In this document: one piece after another, positions 16,932-24,374 of the stretch
Layout: each line of letters begins with the position of its first letter
Numbering within the stretch: the stretch's first letter is position 1
Made by a program: the position numbers and the translations under genes
Source of the DNA: Thermoplasmatota archaeon
GTDB taxonomy: Archaea > Thermoplasmatota > E2 > JACPAO01 > JAHFTW01
Reading direction: 5' to 3'
DNA: 50,892 bases
NCBI GenBank assembly: GCA_041618195.1
Contig: JBFJNL010000001.1
Span: 1-50,892, forward strand
The notes under the pieces: model-generated
Seen by the model: the letters and a program-made list of their open reading frames with translations, nothing else
Databases searched by the model: none
Told to the model about the DNA's origin: nothing

Positions 16932-17140
16932 GCGGACCGTGGCCCAGGACTCCCCATGATAGCGACCCGCGCCATTCACAGGCCCTAGCGGCAGGGCCCC
17001 GATCAACGCCAATTGCCGCAGCTGAGGCGGAGCCCGAAGGGCCGTCGATCGTCAGCGTCAGCGCCAGCACCCGCGCCTTCTCGGCGTCGACGGTCACCGA
17101 GGCTACCGCTAGGCTGTCGCATCGAGCCCGGGGGTTCGCT

Positions 17141-18490
17141 TCAGGCCTTGAGGCGGCGCAGGGACTCGCCCAGCACGTCCATGGCGCCGTTGATCTGGTC
17201 TGCGTTGATGTTCAACGGCGGGATGAAGCGCAGGCTGCTCTTGCCGCAGCCGAGCGTGATGAGGCCGTGCTTCCACAGGTCGGTCTCCATGGCATTGCGC
17301 AGCTTGGGGTTCTGGGAGCCGTCCGGGTTGGCGAACTCGATGGCGCGCATCAGGCCGAGGCCGCGGGCATCGTGGATGCTCTCGTGGTCGTCACGGAACT
17401 CGGCGAAGCGGCGACCCATCAACTCGCCCATCTTGGCGGCGTTGTTGACCAGGTCCTCTTCCTCCAGCACGTCGAGCGTGGCCAGACTGCTGGCGCAGGC
17501 GACGAGGTTGCCGCCGTACGTGTTGCTGTGGCTACCCTTCTCGCCGAAGTCCAGGTCGGGGCGGATGACCGTGGCACCGATCGGGATGCCACTGCCCATC
17601 GCCTTGGCGATGCTGATGATGTCGGCCTTGACGTCGAAGTGCTCGGCGCCGAACCACTTGCCGGTGCGCCCGAAGCCCGTCTGGACCTCGTCGGCCACCA
17701 GCAGGATGCCATGGTCGTCGCACAGCTTGCGCAGCATCTTGGGGAACGGCTTGGGGGGGACGACGTAGCCGCCCTCGCCTTGGATGGGCTCCCAGAACAA
17801 TGCGGCCACGTCTTCCGGTGGCAGGTTCCAGCTGAACAGGGCCTCGATGTGCTCGATGGCGCGGTTGGCCAGTTCCTGGGGCTCGTCGTAGCCGTTGACG
17901 CCCCAGATGTTGCGCAGCGGGTGCGGGAAATGGGTGTGCGTCACGCCCGGCATGCTGGGGAAGAAACCCTCCTTCTGGATGTACTTGGAAGCGGTCAGGC
18001 TCAGAGCACCCATGGTGCGGCCGTGGAACGCGCCCAGGAACGAAATGAACTGGTGGCGGCCGGTCGCTTTCTTGGCGATCTTGATGGCGGCCTCGTTGGC
18101 CTCGGCGCCACTGTTGCAGTAGAACGTCTTGTGGTCCTTGCCGGTGACGGGCACGATGGCGGACAGGCGCTTGGCGAGTTCAGCCTGGGGCGCGTAGTAG
18201 AAGTCGGTGCCGGCGAAGTGCATCAGCTCGGCGGCCTGCTTCTGGACGGCCGCCACGATCTTGGGGTGGCAGTGTCCGACGTTGAGCACGCCGATGCCGG
18301 CTGCGAAATCCAGCAAGATGTTGCCGTCGACGTCCTCGACCACGACGCCGCGTCCGGTCTTGGCCGCGACCGGGGCGGTCTTGGTGGTGGTCACGAGGAA
18401 TTTGTCGTCCATCTTGACGATCTTCTTGGCCTCGGGGCCGGGGATGCTGTGCTTGATGACTGGCTTGGTTTCCTTGCCGGTGATGGTCAT
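17141..18490 (-). CDS. Class III pyridoxal-phosphate aminotransferase (4-aminobutyrate / acetylornithine aminotransferase-like)
   Basis: Motifs GVLNVGHCHP, FYCNSGAEANE, LVADEVQTGFGRTG and a Lys-containing SIAKAMG motif. ATG 18490. Confidence 0.9.
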   Translation of the reverse strand: MTITGKETKPVIKHSIPGPEAKKIVKMDDKFLVTTTKTAPVAAKTGRGVVVEDVDGNILLDFAAGIGVLNVGHCHPKIVAAVQKQAAELMHFAGTDFYYAPQAELAKRLSAIVPVTGKDHKTFYCNSGAEANEAAIKIAKKATGRHQFISFLGAFHGRTMGALSLTASKYIQKEGFFPSMPGVTHTHFPHPLRNIWGVNGYDEPQELANRAIEHIEALFSWNLPPEDVAALFWEPIQGEGGYVVPPKPFPKMLRKLCDDHGILLVADEVQTGFGRTGKWFGAEHFDVKADIISIAKAMGSGIPIGATVIRPDLDFGEKGSHSNTYGGNLVACASSLATLDVLEEEDLVNNAAKMGELMGRRFAEFRDDHESIHDARGLGLMRAIEFANPDGSQNPKLRNAMETDLWKHGLITLGCGKSSLRFIPPLNINADQINGAMDVLGESLRRLKA

Positions 18491-18505
18491 TTGATCGCCT
18501 CTACG

Positions 18506-18516
18506 ATATATGCATA
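18506..18516 (-). promoter_or_regulatory. AT-rich TATA-like element (TATGCATATAT on minus strand) about 20-25 nt upstream of ATG 18490
   Basis: This is the strongest AT-rich patch in the divergent spacer 18491..18643. Confidence 0.35.
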
Positions 18517-18615
18517 CAGGAAATGAATGACGGTTTAGCGGTGCCGGTCGTCGGCGCTTTTCGGGCCGGTGTGGTGGTGGATGGTCCTTGATGCGAAATT
18601 CGTAGCCCAATGCCC

Positions 18616-18620
18616 AAATA
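18616..18620 (+). promoter_or_regulatory. TATA-like element (CCAAATAGG) about 26 nt upstream of ATG 18644
   Basis: Assigned from its spacing to the MarC-family start codon. The motif is weak. Confidence 0.25.
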
Positions 18621-18643
18621 GGGGTGCCAAGTCGCCGGCCGCC

Positions 18644-19276
18644 ATGGACCTATCCGGGTTGCTACTCCTACTCATTCCGTTGCTGGTGGTCGTCGATCCA
18701 CCGGCGAGCCTGGGCCTGTTCCTGGGGCTCACTGAAGGCCGCACCCGTGCCCAGCGGATCCGCGTCGCCATCAAGGCCACGTCCTTCGCCGCAGCGGTGC
18801 TGGTGGTGTTCGCAGCCGGCGGCAAGGTCATCCTCGCCTACCTGGGCATCGAGATCTACTCGTTGCAGGTGGCCGGTGGCCTGCTGCTGGTGATGATCGG
18901 TCTGCGGATGCTGCGCGAAGGCCGCGAGATCCCCCGCCGCGAGATCCGCGAGATCCACCTGCCGACGGGTGGAGCTCAGCATCTGGACGACGATCAAGGC
19001 GACCCAAGTTTCGTGCCGCTGGGCCTGCCCATGCTGGCGGGCCCCGGCGCCATCAGCCTGGTCATCGTGCAGACCACTGATTTCGGCGTCAGCATGGTCG
19101 CGGCCGGCATCCTGGGTGTCATGGCCCTGACGTTGTTGACCTTGATCGGCGCCGCTCGCTTGCAGGGACTCATCGGTGAGACCGGGTCCCGGGTCATCAC
19201 GCGCATCATGGGCATCTTGACGGTCGCGTTCGCGGTCCAGTACATCCTGAACGGCATCGACGGCTGGCTGGCTTAG
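18644..19276 (+). CDS. MarC family (UPF0056) integral membrane protein
   Basis: LLIPLLVVVDPPASLGLFLGLT and a six-TM pattern typical of MarC. ATG 18644. Confidence 0.8.
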   Translation: MDLSGLLLLLIPLLVVVDPPASLGLFLGLTEGRTRAQRIRVAIKATSFAAAVLVVFAAGGKVILAYLGIEIYSLQVAGGLLLVMIGLRMLREGREIPRREIREIHLPTGGAQHLDDDQGDPSFVPLGLPMLAGPGAISLVIVQTTDFGVSMVAAGILGVMALTLLTLIGAARLQGLIGETGSRVITRIMGILTVAFAVQYILNGIDGWLA

Positions 19277-19653
19277 AGAGTCGGGAGCTCGGCGGCCGGC
19301 AGCGGTGGCACCGGCGGCAACGCCGGCAGGGTCGCTGGCTCGGGGGCGGGGGACTCCTCGGCCTCGCTGTCATCGGCGCTCGACGTGCCGCCCGCGTCGG
19401 GCCCGGCGGTGGGTTCACTTGACCCGGCCGGAGCGCTTTGTCCACTCGAACCGGTGCCCGTGGTCGCTGGTTCATCCGGTGGTGCGGCGCTGGCGTCGCC
19501 GGGTCGGGACGCCTCTGGCCCGTCCGCGGCGGCTGCGTAGGCGGGCTGGACGTCGCCTTCGGTCTCGTAGGTCTGCTCCTCCGGCGGCTTGTCGTCCCCG
19601 CATCCTGCGAGTGACACGGCAACGACGGCCAACAGGGCCCACATCCAGCGCAT
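19273..19653 (-). CDS. Low-complexity secreted lipoprotein (Pro/Ala/Ser/Glu-rich)
   Basis: MRWMWALLAVVAVSLAGC lipobox followed by a disordered acidic/proline-rich sequence. ATG 19653 lies inside track ORF 19273..19833. Confidence 0.55.
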   Translation of the reverse strand: MRWMWALLAVVAVSLAGCGDDKPPEEQTYETEGDVQPAYAAAADGPEASRPGDASAAPPDEPATTGTGSSGQSAPAGSSEPTAGPDAGGTSSADDSEAEESPAPEPATLPALPPVPPLPAAELPTL

Positions 19654-19712
19654 GCCCCCGACGATTCCGGCCCGGTATTGGAGCTTGATGCAAAGTGCGC
19701 AGGCCTTCGGGC

Positions 19713-19886
19713 CTAACGGAAACCGAGCTTGGGGAGGTTGGCGTACAGGCCGCGCCGCCACAGGTCGGCCAATGTGAGCTCGGCGTTCTCTGGCCGCAGG
19801 GGGCACAGCACGCATTCGGGCTCCGAGGCGCAACAGGCCTCGGCACGCAGCGCCGGGGTCTCGCTCCGGCCGTCGGGCACGGTCAT
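19713..19886 (-). CDS. Cys-rich micro-protein B (57 aa), CC-x5-C-x2-CP-x-RPENA motif
   Basis: Hand-translated (below the track cut-off): MTVPDGRSETPALRAEACCASEPECVLCPLRPENAELTLADLWRRGLYANLPKLGFR. GC3 is high, and it is a paralog of the ORF immediately upstream. Confidence 0.45.
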   Translation of the reverse strand: MTVPDGRSETPALRAEACCASEPECVLCPLRPENAELTLADLWRRGLYANLPKLGFR

Positions 19887-20047
19887 TCTTCGCCCAGCAA
19901 CTGTTCGCGCAGCAGGTCCTGCAGATTACGGCTGGCGTTCTCCGGTCTGAACGGACAGTAACTGCATTGCTGCGGGGAATCGCAGCACACCTGTAGCCGC
20001 CGGACCTCGTCCCCGGTCTGCGGTGGGCGGCCCAGCCAACGGTTCAA
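19883..20047 (-). CDS. Cys-rich micro-protein A (54 aa from TTG), CC-x5-C-x2-CP-x-RPENA motif
   Basis: Hand-translated: (L)NRWLGRPPQTGDEVRRLQVCCDSPQQCSYCPFRPENASRNLQDLLREQLLGEE. The stop overlaps the ATG of ORF B (ATGA). TTG 20047 is the first possible start in the frame; an alternative is GTG 19990. Confidence 0.4.
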   Translation of the reverse strand: MNRWLGRPPQTGDEVRRLQVCCDSPQQCSYCPFRPENASRNLQDLLREQLLGEE

Positions 20048-20114
20048 GCAACGCCCCCGTAGCCGCGCCCGAGGGCAGCAACCCCGCCCCCTGGAGAGCG
20101 ATTGGCGGCCAGCA

Positions 20115-20522
20115 TCAGTATTCCTTGAGGATCAACCGGCTGGTCGTGGCCTCGGTACCCTCGATGTCGCGGATGCGGTCGATCAAGTCGTTGAGCTTCC
20201 CGGGGTCGTGGCAATCGGCGACGACGACGATGTCATGGTCGCCAGTGACCTCCCAAGCCGCTTCGACGCTCTCCCAGCCAGCGATCTCCTTCGTCACCGT
20301 GCTGGTATTGGTGTTGTTGGTGACGCGGACCTCGATGAGCGCCTTGACGTTGCGCCCGGCTGTGCGGATCGTGAACTTGCGGATGATGCCCTCGTCGGTG
20401 AGCCGCTTGACGCGGGCACGCACGGTGCCTTCGCTGGTCCCGACGGCTTTGGCGAGGGCGGTGAAGGACTCGCGACCATTGTCTCGCAAGAGCAGCATCA
20501 ATTGGCGGTCGACTTCATCCAT
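20115..20522 (-). CDS. Lrp/AsnC family transcriptional regulator
   Basis: 135 aa. MDEVDRQLMLLLRDNGRESFTALAKAVGTSEGTVRARVKRL is the HTH, followed by a C-terminal RAM/ACT-like domain. Confidence 0.9.
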   Translation of the reverse strand: MDEVDRQLMLLLRDNGRESFTALAKAVGTSEGTVRARVKRLTDEGIIRKFTIRTAGRNVKALIEVRVTNNTNTSTVTKEIAGWESVEAAWEVTGDHDIVVVADCHDPGKLNDLIDRIRDIEGTEATTSRLILKEY

Positions 20523-20543
20523 ACACTACGGACTTCGTGGCCA

Positions 20544-20550
20544 GATTTAG
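20544..20550 (-). promoter_or_regulatory. TATA-like element (CTAAATC on minus strand) about 25 nt upstream of the Lrp/AsnC-family regulator ATG
   Basis: AT-rich patch in the divergent spacer, at a leaderless-type spacing. Confidence 0.3.
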
Positions 20551-20657
20551 GGATATCGTGGGGTCTGGGGTCGCTGGCCGTTCCATGCGACGGGCGCACG
20601 ACAGGGGTCGCACCCTGCGACAGAACGCCTTTCTACGCAGCCCACGTCGAACCCGGC

Positions 20658-22136
20658 ATGCGCGCATGGATGTGGATTCCCGTGACGATGATGGCCTTCG
20701 CAGGCTGCCTCAGTGACGACCCGACGACCCCCAACGGCCAACCCGCCGAGTGCGGCCCGACGGCGTTCGAGACCGATGACATCCGCTTCCTCAACACCAC
20801 CGACGACCCCTTCGCCCTGGTCAACGTCACGGCCGACGCCTTCGACTTCCAGACCTACAACCTGCGCACCTGCAGCCTCGCGGCCATCGGTCACACACCC
20901 CTGCGGTTCAACCAAGACGGCACCGGCGCGCCCCACCGTTACATCGGTGAGATCGACATGCGAGGCGACCTGGGGGCCGTGGCGGTCCTCGGCAACGGCG
21001 AGACCCCGACCGTCTACATCCTTGACACCACGGACCGCGCCGCGCCCGTCGTGTTGAGCACCATCGCGCAGGTGGGCACGTACATCACCGACGTCAAGAT
21101 CAGCGACACCGGCCGCTACCTGTTCACCGCCAGCCAAGGCAGCAGCGGTCAAGGCGAACTCGCGGAATTCCCGGAACTCACCGCCAACGCGGGCTTCTCC
21201 GCCTACGACATCTCCAACCCGGCCGCCCCCGTCTACCTGGCGACCTACGACAACAGCCCCGGCGGTTGCCACATGCTCAGCAGCGAGCGCATCGGCGACA
21301 CAGAGGTCGTGGTCTGCATCAGTGACGTCGTGCGAGTCTGGGGCCTTGAAGAAGTGGCGCCCGGGCAACTGGTCCCCCTCGGCTACGTGCCGTACATCCC
21401 CGACGACGGCGTCGGTTGCGCGGTGCCCCTCCCGGTCCCCTGCGTCGGCGTCCAAGGCCCCCACGACGCCACGGTCCAGGTCGACCCCGTCACCGACCAG
21501 CGCTTGATGATCGTCAGCCACTGGGACTCGGGCCTGCGCGTCGTCGACCTCAGTGACGCCCCGCAAGCCACCGAGATCGGCAAGTGGACCGGTGAAGGTG
21601 CGACGCACTACAGCGGCCATGTCCACAGCGCCATGATGGTGTATGCCAACGGCACCCGGTACATCCTCGCCACGCCAGAATACACTGGCAGCGGCGGTGC
21701 CGACACCGTGCCCAGCATCTGGGTCCTCGACGCCACCGATCTGTCGGCGCCCAAGCTCGTCGCCGAATGGTTCCACCCGGGCGGACACCCGTCCCAGGGG
21801 CTGTTCCTGACGACGCACCAATGGCAGGTCGCCCCCAGCGGCCCCGAGGTGGCCATCGATGATGTGCGCATCTACCTCACCATGAACCACGCGGGTCTGT
21901 GGGTGCTGAGCCTTGCCGACATCCTCAATGGCGACAACCTCGGTGCCATCGAAGGCTTCCATCTGGGTCGCACGCCGCTCGACCCCGAGACGGCGGTCGG
22001 TAACGCCATCCTGAGCACCTGGGACGTCAACGTCGTCGACGGCTACATCTACGGCAGCGACCGCGCCACCGGCCTCTGGGTCTTCCACTATGAAGGCGAC
22101 GCCCTCGGGGACACGACCCGCACCGGCTTCGCCTGA
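20658..22136 (+). CDS. Secreted lipoprotein with LVIVD-type beta-propeller repeats
   Basis: MRAWMWIPVTMMAFAGC lipobox. Repeats occur such as LFTASQG, LMIVSHWDSGLRVVDL, IYLTMNHAGLWVL and YIYGSDRATGLWVF. ATG 20658 lies inside track ORF 20208..22136. Confidence 0.75.
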   Translation: MRAWMWIPVTMMAFAGCLSDDPTTPNGQPAECGPTAFETDDIRFLNTTDDPFALVNVTADAFDFQTYNLRTCSLAAIGHTPLRFNQDGTGAPHRYIGEIDMRGDLGAVAVLGNGETPTVYILDTTDRAAPVVLSTIAQVGTYITDVKISDTGRYLFTASQGSSGQGELAEFPELTANAGFSAYDISNPAAPVYLATYDNSPGGCHMLSSERIGDTEVVVCISDVVRVWGLEEVAPGQLVPLGYVPYIPDDGVGCAVPLPVPCVGVQGPHDATVQVDPVTDQRLMIVSHWDSGLRVVDLSDAPQATEIGKWTGEGATHYSGHVHSAMMVYANGTRYILATPEYTGSGGADTVPSIWVLDATDLSAPKLVAEWFHPGGHPSQGLFLTTHQWQVAPSGPEVAIDDVRIYLTMNHAGLWVLSLADILNGDNLGAIEGFHLGRTPLDPETAVGNAILSTWDVNVVDGYIYGSDRATGLWVFHYEGDALGDTTRTGFA

Positions 22137-22223
22137 TCCCGTCGCTATCACAGCCTACGCTCTCCTGATAATCCCGGTATCTGACGGCTGAGGGTGGGGA
22201 AAACCCCGACAATGCGCCGGCCG

Positions 22224-22228
22224 TTATA
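22224..22228 (+). promoter_or_regulatory. TATA-like box (GTTATAGT) about 27 nt upstream of ATG 22253
   Basis: Supports ATG 22253 (MSRIAAIVVLLLL signal peptide) as a leaderless start rather than GTG 22229. Confidence 0.35.
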
Positions 22229-22252
22229 GTGCATCAGGGCGCATGTCCGAGT

Positions 22253-24256
22253 ATGTCTCGCATCGCGGCCATCGTCGTCCTACTCTTGCTTCCCCTAGCC
22301 GGAGCAACGCATCCCGAACCATCACCCCCGCAAGGCAGCGTCTGGACTGTCTACACGACCGTCGATGCCGAGATCATCGACAACTACGCCACGGTCTCCA
22401 TCATTGCCGACATCGGCAACCGCGGACCCGACCCGGAATTCCCGTTCCAAGTGCGCGTCCCCGCTGATGCCTACGTGATTGGATTCTCCATTGAACGAGA
22501 CGGCACATTGTGGGAAGGTCGCATCGAAGACCGCGACAAGGCCCGACAAGAATACGACGAGCAGAAGGCCAACGAGAACACCGCAGGCCTCATCGAGAAG
22601 AAGCGCGGCACGCAGATCTACGCCTTCTTGGTCAACGTCGCCGAGTTCGAATCCGTGCGCGCCATCCTGACCTACGAAGTCTACCTGAGCGCCGACCAGG
22701 ACGTCTACAGCCTCGGCCTCGAAGCGCCGGTCAGCGGCTTCGGCGAAGACCTCGGTGCACGTTTTGACGTACGCGTCTGCCACGAGGCCGGCGTCACCAG
22801 TCTCACCACCGACCCGCCAGCGTCCGCCAAACACGTCGACGGCTGCCGCAGCGCTTCGCACAGCGTCGGCCCCCGCCACAACGAACAAGCCACGCCATTC
22901 TCGCTGCACTACGCCATCCCGCCGACCGCCGAGGAAGGCAACCTGCAAGCTGTCGTGGTCGACGGCGTCGGATACTTCGCCCATCCGTTCAGGGCCCCTG
23001 CGAACGCAGCGCAACTGCCCCTCGATCTTGTGCTCGTTCTCGACACCAGCGGCTCCATGGGCGCCGAACACAAACTGGCCCAGATGCAGGACGCCGCCAC
23101 GCAGGTGATCGGCATGCTCGACGAGGCCGACCGATTGGCCATTGTGGAATTCAACAGCGGCACATTCACCTCGATGGGTTCTCTGGAAGCCGCCGGCGGG
23201 GACCGCGTCGCGGCAGGTCGCCGGCTGGTCCAGGAGTTCTTCGCAGGCGGCTCGACCAACATCGAAGCCGGCCTGCGAGACGGCTTCGGGGCCTACGACG
23301 GCACCTCTGCCTGCGATTCGCTCACCTCGGCCGTCACGCCCTGCCTCGAGCCTCGCAGTCGCATCCTGGTCTTCCTCACCGACGGCCAAGCCACAGTCGG
23401 CATCACTGGCCGCGACGCGCTACGCACCATGGCCCTCGACGAGAACCCCGGCGACGTCCGATTGTTCGCGCTCGCCTTCGGCACCGGCGCCGACTACCGC
23501 CTCGTCTCGGGCCTCGCCAAAGACAACGGTGGCTCGGCGTTGCTGGTCCCCCAAGGCGACGGAGCCGAAGTCGACCTGCGTCGATTCATGGCCGCCCTCG
23601 CCACGCCGGTGCTGGAGAATGTCGTCATCGACTACGACGGCGAAGTCCAAGCCTTCCGCAACAGCGCGCCCGTCCTGTTCCAAGGCAGCGAACTGCTGGT
23701 CGTCGGCACCTTCGACGCCTCCATGAAACGCATCACCGGCACCGTCACCGGCGACGCCGCCAACGGTCCGCAGACCTACACGTTCGACCAAGCCGTCGGG
23801 CCGGGCAACAGCAAGCTGCCGCGCATCGTCGCCTACGCCCAGATCCAACACTACCAGGGCCTCATCGACGCCGAAGGGGAACAAGCAGCCTGGGTCGCCG
23901 CCATCAAGGAGATCGCCCTCGAGTGGGGCTTCGTGACCGAGTACACCAGCCTCGTCATCAGCACCGCGCTCGATGACCCTGTCCGCACCTTCGACCCCGA
24001 AAGCCGCCACGAGGGCGCGGCCGATGGCGCCTCCGGTGGCGCGACCAGCACCGGCACCTCGACGTCCTCCCACACTGGCTCGCAGGCCCCGTCGACGACC
24101 GGCGGACAGGCCAACGACAGCGACAGCACCCCGGGCGGTCAGCCCCCTGCCGAGAAAAGCGAGCCGGAGGATGGCGCCAACACCCCCGGACTCGGCCTGC
24201 CGCTGGCTCTCGCCGCCCTGGCCGCCGTGGCCGTGGCCCTGCGCCGGCGCCGCTAG
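22253..24256 (+). CDS. Surface protein: VIT domain + von Willebrand factor A domain + Ser/Thr-rich linker + PGF-CTERM-like anchor
   Basis: Has a signal peptide and the vWA MIDAS motif LVLDTSGSM. The C-terminus is ...TSTSSHTGSQAPSTTGG...ANTPGLGLPLALAALAAVAVALRRRR. Confidence 0.85.
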   Translation: MSRIAAIVVLLLLPLAGATHPEPSPPQGSVWTVYTTVDAEIIDNYATVSIIADIGNRGPDPEFPFQVRVPADAYVIGFSIERDGTLWEGRIEDRDKARQEYDEQKANENTAGLIEKKRGTQIYAFLVNVAEFESVRAILTYEVYLSADQDVYSLGLEAPVSGFGEDLGARFDVRVCHEAGVTSLTTDPPASAKHVDGCRSASHSVGPRHNEQATPFSLHYAIPPTAEEGNLQAVVVDGVGYFAHPFRAPANAAQLPLDLVLVLDTSGSMGAEHKLAQMQDAATQVIGMLDEADRLAIVEFNSGTFTSMGSLEAAGGDRVAAGRRLVQEFFAGGSTNIEAGLRDGFGAYDGTSACDSLTSAVTPCLEPRSRILVFLTDGQATVGITGRDALRTMALDENPGDVRLFALAFGTGADYRLVSGLAKDNGGSALLVPQGDGAEVDLRRFMAALATPVLENVVIDYDGEVQAFRNSAPVLFQGSELLVVGTFDASMKRITGTVTGDAANGPQTYTFDQAVGPGNSKLPRIVAYAQIQHYQGLIDAEGEQAAWVAAIKEIALEWGFVTEYTSLVISTALDDPVRTFDPESRHEGAADGASGGATSTGTSTSSHTGSQAPSTTGGQANDSDSTPGGQPPAEKSEPEDGANTPGLGLPLALAALAAVAVALRRRR

Positions 24257-24374
24257 CTCGGGTGACCTCGCCAGGGACGCCACCCGCCTCCTCCTTTCGC
24301 CCCACCCCTACGGGGTGTGGCCGCGAAGCCCCGGCGGAAGGGTTTAGGCAAAGACCCATCGTCGGCCGGCCTCA

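Noticed and set aside
16932-17140. 209-nt gap between convergent glpK and the aminotransferase was checked for an RNA gene or small ORF (for example track ORF 16822..17097).
   Set aside because: There is no tRNA-like arms, no conserved RNA motif I recognise and no convincing coding frame. It is most simply a terminator/spacer region.
19713-20047. Possibility that the two Cys-rich ORFs are one frameshifted pseudogene.
   Set aside because: Each ORF carries its own complete copy of the Cys motif, and the junction is a clean ATGA stop-start overlap. This fits duplication, not disruption.
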